Positions 54,836-63,325 of a stretch of 64,000 nt of DNA are shown here, piece after piece. Both the position numbers and the translations under genes were made by a program. Under the pieces are notes generated by a model, which saw only the letters and a list, made by a program, of their open reading frames with translations, searched no databases and was not told where the DNA came from. The DNA is from Limisphaerales bacterium (lineage in GTDB: Bacteria > Verrucomicrobiota > Verrucomicrobiia > Limisphaerales > UBA9464): positions 114,987 through 178,986 of the forward strand of contig CBDIPJ010000001.1 in the NCBI GenBank assembly GCA_965283655.1, read 5' to 3'. Numbering within the stretch: position 1 is the first letter of the stretch; each line of letters starts with the position of its first letter.

Positions 54836-55923
54836 ATGGCACACGTCAAGCTTCACATCCCGGGACCCGTGGAGGTCAGCGCCAAGACCTACGAGGCCCT
54901 CTGCCGGCCGATGATCGGGCACCGCGGACAGGGGTTCAAAGACCTCTACGCAAAGATCCAGCCGCAGCTCCAGACCCTCCTCGGCACCCAACAGCTGGTG
55001 TACCTGTCCACCTCCAGCGCATGGGGCGTCATGGAAGGAGCCCTCCGCAACCTCGTTACCCGGAAGGTCCTGAACTGCATGTGCGGCGCCTTCTCGGACA
55101 AGTGGTTTGATGTCTCCAAGAAGTGCGGCAAGGAGGCCGAAGCCCTTCAGGTCCCCTGGGGTTCGCCCATCCGCGCCGCCGACATCGACGCCCGGCTCGC
55201 CACCGGCCAGTTCGACGCCCTGACCCTCATCCACAATGAGACCAGCTGCGGCGTCATGAGCCCCCTCGATGAGATCGCCGCCCTCAAGGCCAAGTACCCC
55301 GACGTCACCTTCATCGTCGATGCCGTCAGCTCGCTGACCGCACTGCCGATTCACTTCGACAGCCTTGGGATCGACGTCCTGCTCGCCGGCACCCAGAAGG
55401 CCTTCGCCCTGCCCCGGGACTTGCCGTGTTCACCGCATCGCCGGCAGCCCTCGCCAAGGCCGCCACCGTCAAGGACCGCGGCTACTACTTCGATTTCGTC
55501 GAGTTCGAGAAGAATGCCCGGGACAGCATGACCCCCAGCACACCGGCCATTCCGCACATCTACGCCCTGTCCTCCAAGCTGGACGAGTTCTTCACCGAAG
55601 GCCTCGAGGCCCGCTTTGCGCGCCACACCCGGACCAACACCATGCTGCGCGACTGGGCCGCACGCCACGGATTCACCCTGTTCCCCGAACCCGGCTTCGA
55701 GTCCCGCACCCTCGTGTGCGTGAACAATGGGGCCAAGCCCGGCGGCCGCACCATCGACGTCGCCAAGTTCGCGAAACTGGTCAAGGACCGCGGCATCCTC
55801 ATCGACGGCGGATACGGCAAGATCAAGGGCACCACCTTCCGCATCTCCAACATGGGCGACGAAACCCCCGAAACCATCGCCCACCTGATCGGCATCCTCG
55901 ACGAATCCATCGCGCTGCTCTGA
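54836..55923 (+). pseudogene. class V aminotransferase (serine-pyruvate/alanine-glyoxylate type), split by a 1-nt frameshift
   Basis: ORFs 54794-55531 and 55426-55923 together give a full AGXT-like protein. The junction is ...LLAGTQKAFALP | PGLAVFTASPAAL at C-run 55412-55415. Confidence 0.8.
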
Positions 55924-55963
55924 TCGACGGCACCCGCCGCATCGATTCGACGGGCAAAGCAAG

Positions 55964-55996
55964 ACGCCGTGCGGCACTGCCGCACGGCGTTTTCGT
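55964..55996. terminator. bidirectional rho-independent terminator between convergent genes
   Basis: ACGCCGTGCGGCA-c-TGCCGCACGGCGT (13-nt arms) followed by TTTCGTTT on the plus strand, with a T-containing tract on the minus strand. Confidence 0.75.
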
Positions 55997-56031
55997 TTCC
56001 TGGGACTGACCAATGCGTGCGTTCCAGCCCG

Positions 56032-58056
56032 TCACGGATTCCGCGGAACCGCCCGATAGAACCTCACCGGGGTATCCCCGGCGTCACCATCCACGGTGAC
56101 CATGGCTCCCGCTTCCGCAGCCGCTGTCCCACGCGCAATGCGCACCCACCGCACCAGATCGGTCGAGACCTCAACGTCCGTCTCCGTTCCCGCCGCGCCA
56201 CCCAGCACCACCAACTGCACGCCACCGTTGTCCATCGACTCCAGTGTCGCAATCCGCGGCACCGAACCCACAACCCCCGGCACCACCGGTGCCTGCGGAA
56301 TCGTTGCCGAAATCCCGTCGCGCCCATCAAACGATCCCGCCACCCGCATCTTGAACTCGCTGGCGGCCTTCAACGTCACGGTCATCCGACGCGCGGTGTC
56401 ATCCGGGAAGGGCCCCCATCGGATGACCCGGGGAGACGTGTCGTAGACCCCGTCGTCGGAGGCAGCGCTGAATTCCACGTCACCAAACAGATACAGTTCC
56501 ACCGCATGCGACCGGGTGTTCGCCATCGGCCCCGTCCGCACGCGGACCGTGTATTCACCGGGTTCGATGAAGCGGGGAATCTCGGCCAGCGCGTAACTCA
56601 ACGGCAGCCGTGGAGGAATGACGTTCGTTCCGAAGTCGATCATCCCTCCCGCGCCGAAGCGCGGCAGGAAATCAATCCCGGGCCGGGGTTCCGCCGCCGG
56701 ATTCGTGCTGACCCATGCCAGCGGCAGTGCGCCCCGGGTCGCGTCGAACAAATACCCAGCTCCGGCTTCCGAGAGGAATCCCGCTCGGGTCACGTATCCC
56801 ATCGGAATCAGGTCATAGCCAAACTTCCCTCCCGAACGCCACGCTTTGGCATACGCGGCCGCTTCATCTCCGGTCAGCACGCCATCCTGCGGGTCCGCAT
56901 CCGCCGGATGCCGGACGACCCGCGGCGGCTCAGCGGCGCCCTTCACCACGAACCGGATTGGCGGTGCCACCACCTTGCGCCCCTTCGAATCCACCGCCAC
57001 CGCGGTGACCTCGTATCCACCAAAATGGTTCTCTTCCCAATCAATCCCGTGACGCAGCACCGTTCCCGGCGGAGGAGCCTGGATGAAATCAATCCGCGAA
57101 ACCCCCGCCGAAACACCGTTCGTCAGGAACTCGACCTGCGGGATGTATCCCGCGGGATCCACCGCATCGAGTTCCAACCGTATGCGCGCGGGGGCCGTGA
57201 AGATCGCACCGCTCCGGGGCGAAACAATCCGCAACGTCGCCACCTCACGGTCGGTCACGCTGAAGATCGTCACGACCGCCGAGGATGCCGGTGACAACTG
57301 ATAGGCCGCATCCGGCAGCAGCTTCAGGATCACCGTTTCCGTCGGTTCCACTTCCTCATCGTCGATCGGCAACACCTGGATCTCACCGATCGCTTCTCCC
57401 GCTCCCAACGTCAGGTCTCCGTCGAGGAACTGGTAATCCACCCCATTCGCCGCCGTCCCGCCGATGGCATACCGGACCTTCAGGGGCTCCGAAAGGTCCC
57501 CTCGCCGCGTCACCGTGAAAAGACCGGGGGCAATCCGGATCAATGGACTCGGTTCCGAAGTCGCCGGCCGGGTGGGCATGAGGGCCACCACCGGACCGTT
57601 TGTGGGAGCCGGCGGGGGTGGCGGTTCCACGCCTTCGGCCACCACGATCCGCACCGACTCGGACTGCGCCACCACCCCGCGCTGCACCACGGCACGCGCC
57701 CGGATGACATGCACGCCCGCCGCCGCCTTTGGCCAGGCTGCCTTGTGGGGCACAGCCAATCCGATCACCGCCGGAAACACATCGCCCGATCGATCCGAAA
57801 CCGCCACCACCTCGTCGCCGGCGAGAAACTCCACCCGCGTCAGGGGACCCCCATCCGGATCCAAGGCGATCGCCTCGAAGTGAACGCCATCCGGACGAAA
57901 CGTCATTCCCGACAACGGATGCAGCAACCGGACGGAGGCGGGAATGCCGCCAGGCAGGGTCTGGGCCAGCATCGAGGTCCAGACCCCGAGCAGGAGCCCA
58001 AGCCAGGAAAGCAGGGGCCATCGATGTCTTCGACGGCATGGGGTCATGGTTTTCAT
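56032..58056 (-). CDS. secreted Ig-like/Calx-beta domain protein
   Basis: Signal peptide (WPLLSWLGLLLGVWTSMLAQ). Calx-beta unit VRYAIGGTAANGVDYQFLDGDLTLGAGEAIGEIQVLPIDDEEVEPTETVILKL. Confidence 0.7.
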   Translation of the reverse strand: MKTMTPCRRRHRWPLLSWLGLLLGVWTSMLAQTLPGGIPASVRLLHPLSGMTFRPDGVHFEAIALDPDGGPLTRVEFLAGDEVVAVSDRSGDVFPAVIGLAVPHKAAWPKAAAGVHVIRARAVVQRGVVAQSESVRIVVAEGVEPPPPPAPTNGPVVALMPTRPATSEPSPLIRIAPGLFTVTRRGDLSEPLKVRYAIGGTAANGVDYQFLDGDLTLGAGEAIGEIQVLPIDDEEVEPTETVILKLLPDAAYQLSPASSAVVTIFSVTDREVATLRIVSPRSGAIFTAPARIRLELDAVDPAGYIPQVEFLTNGVSAGVSRIDFIQAPPPGTVLRHGIDWEENHFGGYEVTAVAVDSKGRKVVAPPIRFVVKGAAEPPRVVRHPADADPQDGVLTGDEAAAYAKAWRSGGKFGYDLIPMGYVTRAGFLSEAGAGYLFDATRGALPLAWVSTNPAAEPRPGIDFLPRFGAGGMIDFGTNVIPPRLPLSYALAEIPRFIEPGEYTVRVRTGPMANTRSHAVELYLFGDVEFSAASDDGVYDTSPRVIRWGPFPDDTARRMTVTLKAASEFKMRVAGSFDGRDGISATIPQAPVVPGVVGSVPRIATLESMDNGGVQLVVLGGAAGTETDVEVSTDLVRWVRIARGTAAAEAGAMVTVDGDAGDTPVRFYRAVPRNP

Positions 58057-58152
58057 GGTGGTTCAGGGACGCTCCGGTTCGCAGCTTGCACCCGTGGAAG
58101 GTCCTTCATGACCAGTTGCCGTGAAAACACGTCCTTTGGCAAGGGGGCAACC

Positions 58153-58224
58153 ACCCATCCCCCACTGGAAACCGGACACCGGGAACTGGAATCTTCACAT
58201 GAAAGCCGGGTGCCCTCACCCGGC
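58153..58224 (+). repeat. heptad-like module + REP-B-like hairpin
   Basis: CACTGGAAACCGGACACCGGGAACTGGAATCTTCA, then TGAAAGCCGGGTGCCCTCACCCGGCA. Confidence 0.6.
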
Positions 58225-58326
58225 AGATCACACGCACAGCCACAGGGGCAAGCGGACTCAATGGCTGAGTGAAGGCACACCCCTTCACTGGCGTGACGCC
58301 CGGTTCCCGGTCCCCGCCAATCCGGA

Positions 58327-59214
58327 TCACCCTCGGAGCACATTCCAACCCGCCGCCTGGCAACGGCTCAACGCGCGCGCCGGATCCCGCGTTGCGAGAT
58401 AATTCGGAGGCAACCACTGCGGAAGCGTCGAACGTTCGTCCGGAGGCGTCAGCTTCGGTCCGCGAAACGAGCGGCCAATGAAGAACAGCGTGTATCCCGC
58501 ATCCAGCAGGATCCGTGTGGTCTCGGTCGGTGGAGTTCCATGCTCCTCGAACACGATGTCCCGGAACGTCCCATCCGTCAGCATCGACCCCGCTCCCTTC
58601 AAGACCGCTGGCTCATGCCCTTCGGTATCGATCTTCACCACACCGAACTTCCGCCCCCCGGGAACCAACCGTTCCAGACGGTCTGTCTGCACCCGGTGAC
58701 TGCTTCCACTCCCTGTTTGCTCAAGACTCGCCGAGCCCGCGTTGTTGTCGAAACTCTCCGGCTCGTACAGTTCCGCCTCACCGGCCTTGTCGCTGGCCGC
58801 AACCGGGATCAGCCGGATCTTCGCCATCGGAATCCCCATCCGCACCCACTCGCCCACATGCCGCGCCAACTCGGCATGAATCCGCGGATGCGGCTCCAGC
58901 GAGAACACTTCGCCGGAAGGACCCGCCCGACGCGCCAACAAACCGGAAAACACCCCGATGTTCGCGCCGACATCAATCGCGGTCTCGCCCGGTTCCAACA
59001 ACCGCCAGGCCACCTCGCACGCTGCCAGGTCCAACACCCCGAGGTGGTACATCGCATGCCCCACCGTCTCCGTGGGGCGGACCCGCATCGGCAGCCCCCA
59101 GGGACTCACGACTTCGGCAACCTCGGGCAGAGGGCCGCGCCGAAGGATTCGGCGCAACATCTGACCCGGCTGGTACCAATACTCCGGCTTCGCAATGCGT
59201 TCGATGATGCTCAT
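58327..59214 (-). CDS. FkbM-family methyltransferase
   Basis: AIDVGANIGVFSGLLA (SAM-binding) and VVKIDTEGHEPAVLKGA motifs. Confidence 0.8.
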   Translation of the reverse strand: MSIIERIAKPEYWYQPGQMLRRILRRGPLPEVAEVVSPWGLPMRVRPTETVGHAMYHLGVLDLAACEVAWRLLEPGETAIDVGANIGVFSGLLARRAGPSGEVFSLEPHPRIHAELARHVGEWVRMGIPMAKIRLIPVAASDKAGEAELYEPESFDNNAGSASLEQTGSGSSHRVQTDRLERLVPGGRKFGVVKIDTEGHEPAVLKGAGSMLTDGTFRDIVFEEHGTPPTETTRILLDAGYTLFFIGRSFRGPKLTPPDERSTLPQWLPPNYLATRDPARALSRCQAAGWNVLRG

Positions 59215-59359
59215 GGATGGGCTGACGCCCTGCAAAGCCTCCCATGCGCCCTCGCAGCCGTCGATATCCGGCTTGGGGCCTATCCCCTCCCAAAACACAC
59301 CCCTTTACCAATCCCGCAAATTCGGGAAGTTTCACCCCAACATCCAGCCCTTACCACCC

Positions 59360-59937
59360 ATGTCCGACGTCTATTCCGAAAACGAGTATCTGATCCGGCG
59401 CAAGGTCTTCACCCTTTTTGGCGCCCAGTTCCACGTCTTCAACCCTGCCGGCGAGGTCGTCATGTTCAGCAGGCAGAAAGCCTTCAAGCTCCGCGAGGAC
59501 ATCCGCATCTACACCGATGTCTCCGAGTCCCACGAGCGGATGCTCATCAAGGCCCGCCAGATCATCGACTTCAGCGCCGCCTACGACGTCTTCGATTCCG
59601 AATCCGGCACCAAGGTCGGATGCCTCCGACGCAAGGGCTGGTCCTCTCTCGTCCGGGACAACTGGGAACTCCTCGACCCCCACGACCAATCCATCGGCGT
59701 CATCAAGGAGGACAGCATGATGCTGGCCCTGTTCCGCCGCCTCCTCACCAACCTCATCCCCCAGGCCTTCTCCGTCACCGTCGGCGGCCAGCCCATCGCC
59801 CACTTCCGACAGAACTTCAATCCCTTCGTCTTCAAGCTCCGCGTCGAACTCCTTCCCGAGTCCCGCTCCGTCGTCCCCCCCAACTCCTCCTCGCCGCCGC
59901 CATCCTCCTCTCCGCCATCGAGGGAAGGCAGGCGTGA
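59360..59937 (+). pseudogene. LURP-one-related/scramblase-like (DUF567) protein, 3' end frameshifted
   Basis: YLIRRKVFTLFGAQFHVFNPAGEVVMFSRQKAFKLREDIRIY fits the family. After C-run 59875-59881 the conserved-looking tail (...QLLLAAAILLSAIEGRQA*) is in another frame and stops at 59937. Confidence 0.65.
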
Positions 59938-59953
59938 ACCCACCCTTCCAAGG

Positions 59954-59977
59954 GTAGCAGCGGACGTCAGGACGCTG
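59954..59977 (+). repeat. REP-C variant with a flipped 9/20 base pair
   Basis: GTAGCAGCGGACGTCAGGACGCTG. Confidence 0.6.
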
Positions 59978-60056
59978 GGCTCCCTCCCCTCGCATCCGCA
60001 AGATCTCCAAAATCTGTAGATGACCCAACCACCGCGTTCAGGGTAACCCACCCTGC

Positions 60057-60827
60057 ATGAACCTGTCGGGTCGTTGGATTGTCATCACGGGCGCTTCGAG
60101 TGGATTCGGCGCGGCGGCCGCGGTGGCCTTTGGCCAGGCCGGTTGCCATGTCGTCCTCGGGGCGCGTCGGCTCGACCGGTTGCAGCAGGTCGCCGCATCG
60201 GCCGTTGCCGCCGGAGCCGCGTCCGCCCACCCCCACGTCCTCGACGTCGCTTCCACCGAAAGCGTCGAAGCCTTTGCGACGTGGCTGTCCGGCGTGACCT
60301 CCGCCGTCGACGTCCTCATCAACAATGCCGGCGGGGCCCATGGATTCGACCCGGTCGCCACCGCCCGCGACACCGACGTGGAGGCGATGGTGCAATCGAA
60401 CTTCATCGGATTGATCCGCGTGACACGCGCGCTCCTGCCGCGCATCCCGCACCACGCGGGTGCCTGGATCCTCAATGTCGGGTCGATCGCTGGCCACGCC
60501 GCCTACGAGGGCGGCGCCGCCTATTGCGGGGTGAAGGCCGGTGAACGTTCGATCACCCAGGCCTTGCGGCTCGAACTCAACGGCACCGGCATCCGCGTGG
60601 GATCCATCGATCCCGGCATGGCCGAGACCGAGTTCTCCAGCGTGCGCTTCAAGGGCGACGACACCCGCGCCGCCAAGGTCTACGCCGGCGTCCATCCGCT
60701 CCAGGCGCAGGACGTCGCCGAGGCCATGGTCTGGATGGCCTCGCGTCCGGCCCACGTGTGCATCGACGAGATGGTGATCAAGCCCACCGACCAGGCCGCC
60801 TTCCACAAGGTATACCGGCGGGCATAA
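60057..60827 (+). CDS. short-chain dehydrogenase/reductase (YdfG-like)
   Basis: VITGASSGFGAA Rossmann motif, NNAG, and the YCGVKAG (YxxxK) catalytic motif. Confidence 0.9.
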   Translation: MNLSGRWIVITGASSGFGAAAAVAFGQAGCHVVLGARRLDRLQQVAASAVAAGAASAHPHVLDVASTESVEAFATWLSGVTSAVDVLINNAGGAHGFDPVATARDTDVEAMVQSNFIGLIRVTRALLPRIPHHAGAWILNVGSIAGHAAYEGGAAYCGVKAGERSITQALRLELNGTGIRVGSIDPGMAETEFSSVRFKGDDTRAAKVYAGVHPLQAQDVAEAMVWMASRPAHVCIDEMVIKPTDQAAFHKVYRRA

Positions 60828-60834
60828 GCCAGAG

Positions 60835-61764
60835 ATGCACCAGCCCCACAACATCTTCGCCGGAACCCAGGTCGTCTCCCTCGTCGAGGTTCGCGGCACG
60901 AACCATTCGCTGGTGCATCCACGCGGAGCCGTCGGCGTCGTCACCCGGACGCCTACCGGCACGGAGACCCGATTCCTCGTCCGGTTTCCGGACGGATTCG
61001 AGGCCTCGCTGGACCGGATCGAGGTCGAGGTGCTGAAGCACTTCAAGGATCGCCTGCCCTCCGCACCGACCCAGCCCGGTTTCGACCTCGACGACTACGT
61101 GATCTACCGCTGCACCGTCGGCTCACGCGCCTACGGTCTCGACGGCGAGGATTCGGACACGGACGTCCGCGGCGTCTACCTCGCTCCCGCCGAGATGCAA
61201 TGGTCGCTGTTCGGCGCGCCGGAACAGTTCGAGGACGACGCCTCGCAGAGCTGTTACTGGGAGTTGCAGAAGTTCCTCGGGATGGCGCTCAAGGCCAACC
61301 CCAACATCCTCGAGTGCCTCTACTCGCCGCTCGTCGACAAGCAGACCCAACTCGGCGCCGAACTCATCGCCCTGCGCAACTCGTTCCTGTCGCGCATGAT
61401 CTACCAGACCTTCAACGGCTACGCGATGTCCCAGTTCAAGAAGATCGAGCAGGACCTGCGCAACCACGGGCAGGTCCGCTGGAAGCACGCCATGCACCTG
61501 CTCCGCCTCCTGATCTCGGGCGCCACCGCGCTCCGTGAAGGACGCGTCCCCGTCCGTGTCGGACCACTTCGCGAACGCCTCCTCGAAGTGAAGGCCGGCG
61601 CCATCGCCTGGGACGACATCAACGCCTGGCGCCGCGAACTCCACGCCGACTTCGATCGCGCCCTCGTTGACTCCCCGCTCCCCGAACGCCCCGACTACGA
61701 GGCCGCCAACCGTTTCCTCATCCGCGCCCGCCGCTTCATGGCCAACGAATCCTCTACCTGCTGA
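60835..61764 (+). CDS. predicted nucleotidyltransferase (PF10127-like) with N-terminal extra domain
   Basis: GSRAYGLDGEDSDTDVRGVY and ELQKFLGMALKANPNILECLYSP match the Pol-beta-superfamily 'Nuc-transf' pattern. Confidence 0.65.
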   Translation: MHQPHNIFAGTQVVSLVEVRGTNHSLVHPRGAVGVVTRTPTGTETRFLVRFPDGFEASLDRIEVEVLKHFKDRLPSAPTQPGFDLDDYVIYRCTVGSRAYGLDGEDSDTDVRGVYLAPAEMQWSLFGAPEQFEDDASQSCYWELQKFLGMALKANPNILECLYSPLVDKQTQLGAELIALRNSFLSRMIYQTFNGYAMSQFKKIEQDLRNHGQVRWKHAMHLLRLLISGATALREGRVPVRVGPLRERLLEVKAGAIAWDDINAWRRELHADFDRALVDSPLPERPDYEAANRFLIRARRFMANESSTC

Positions 61765-61827
61765 TCCGCACCCGCCTGGCCGGCAGGGCTTGACCAACGA
61801 ACGCATCTTTACCCTGCCCCTCAGGAA

Positions 61828-61894
61828 CGGGGTGGCGACGTCCTCGTCGCCTCTGGAAAAGGCTAGTGAGGGCAACGAGGACGTTGCCGCCCCG
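61828..61894. repeat. REP-A pair (+,-)
   Basis: CGGGGTGGCGACGTCCTCGTCGCC (61828-61851) and GGGCAACGAGGACGTTGCCGCCCCG (61870-61894), whose stem change is compensatory. Confidence 0.8.
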
Positions 61895-62052
61895 TTTGAG
61901 CTGGGGTCAGCGTTGAGGTGCTCCCTTGATCCATCGCGGACCAACCTAGCGCTTGCCACCCAGCGGAGGTCTGTCGAACGTGAACGTGTGGCCACCGCTC
62001 GCATGCGGACGGCACACGTCCAAAACTGAGCCGGTTCAAGAAAGGTTATCCG

Positions 62053-62841
62053 ATGCCCGCGATGCACGAGATCGAATACGAGATCCACGGGAGCGAAATG
62101 CAGTTCGTCGAGATCATCCTCGACCCCATGGAGGCGGTGGTCGCCGAGGCGGGTGGCATGATGTACATGGAGGACGGCGTCGAGATGGAGACGATCTTCG
62201 GCGACGGCTCCCAGCAGCAGTCGGGTTTCATGGGGATGCTGACCGGCGGCGTGAAGCGCCTCCTGACCGGTGAGAGCCTGTTCATGACCATCTTCCAGAA
62301 TCGCTCACCCCGACGCGTGAAGGCCGCCTTCGGTGCCCCCTACCCCGGAAAGATCGTTCCCCTGCACCTCGCGCAGATGGGTGGCGAGGTCATCATGCAG
62401 AAGGACTCGTTCCTCTGCGCCGCCAAGGGCGTGTCCGTTGGCATCGCCTTCAACAAGAAGATCGGCGTCGGCCTCTTCGGTGGCGAGGGCTTCATCATGC
62501 AACGCCTCCAGGGCGACGGATGGGCCTTCATCCACGCCGGCGGCACCCTGCTCCAACGCGATCTCGCTCCCGGCGAACTGCTCCGCGTCGACACCGGTTG
62601 CGTCGTCGGATTCACCCCCGGCGTCGAGTTCGACATCCAATACGTGGGCAAGATCAAATCCGCCCTCTTCGGCGGCGAAGGCCTGTTCTTCGCCACCCTC
62701 CGTGGCCCCGGACGCGTCTGGCTCCAGTCGCTGCCCTTCAGCCGCCTCGCCGACCGCATCTTCGCCGCCGCACCCCAGAACGGCGGTGGCGGACGCGGCG
62801 AGGGCTCCATCCTCGGCGGATTCCTCGGCGGCGATGACTGA
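62053..62841 (+). CDS. TIGR00266/AIM24 (DUF124) family protein
   Basis: [48 protein letters not shown] and [21 protein letters not shown]. Confidence 0.8.
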   Translation: MPAMHEIEYEIHGSEMQFVEIILDPMEAVVAEAGGMMYMEDGVEMETIFGDGSQQQSGFMGMLTGGVKRLLTGESLFMTIFQNRSPRRVKAAFGAPYPGKIVPLHLAQMGGEVIMQKDSFLCAAKGVSVGIAFNKKIGVGLFGGEGFIMQRLQGDGWAFIHAGGTLLQRDLAPGELLRVDTGCVVGFTPGVEFDIQYVGKIKSALFGGEGLFFATLRGPGRVWLQSLPFSRLADRIFAAAPQNGGGGRGEGSILGGFLGGDD

Positions 62842-62851
62842 GCCTGGATTC

Positions 62852-63010
62852 GGCAATTCATTCATCCGCAGATGACGCCGATGGCGCCGATGGAAGGGCA
62901 GAGATGCGAGCACCTGACACCGGTGAACAAATCACTTTGCAGGAGCACGGCCCGTCCGATCCAAGCTTCTAATTATCTGCGTCATGTGCGGACGCAACCG
63001 CCGCTTTCAG
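62852..63010 (+). repeat. ~170-nt structured element, copy 3 (diverged)
   Basis: Shares TTCATT, CCGCAGATG, GATGGARGGGCAGARATGCSAGCACC, GCCCGWCCGATCCAAGCT, TCTGCGTCAT, GCTTTCAG. Closing stem CCGCAGATGACGC/GCGTCATGTGCGG. Hairpin GCA-GAGA-TGC (62898-62907). Confidence 0.6.
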
Positions 63011-63022
63011 ACTGAACGCACG

Positions 63023-63325
63023 TCAGAACTTCGCCGGACGCAGCACGCGGATCTCCGTCTCGTACGCCACCATCGCGAACTTGGGGAACAGTTCACCCGA
63101 CAACCGTCGCAGAAAATTCTCTGCACCCGCAGGCGGGAGGATTGCCTCGACCTGGATGTTGGCGAACTCCGGGATGTCCCCCGTCCGCATACCCCACGAT
63201 CCGGAGCCCTCCACCTCCCACAGCGTCCATCCGTGGCCGCCGACCTCCGCCAGCAGTCGCAGCACCGGCTCACGCGCCAGCGCTTCACAGATCACCGTTA
63301 CCCGCTTCATCGGATGCGTATTCAT
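63023..63325 (-). CDS. sbtB: P-II-like signalling protein (SbtB-like)
   Basis: 100-aa ORF (MKRVTVICEALAREPVLRLLAEVGGHGWTLWEVEGSG...) with its start overlapping the upstream permease stop (ATGA). Typical SbtA-SbtB arrangement. Confidence 0.6.
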   Translation of the reverse strand: MNTHPMKRVTVICEALAREPVLRLLAEVGGHGWTLWEVEGSGSWGMRTGDIPEFANIQVEAILPPAGAENFLRRLSGELFPKFAMVAYETEIRVLRPAKF

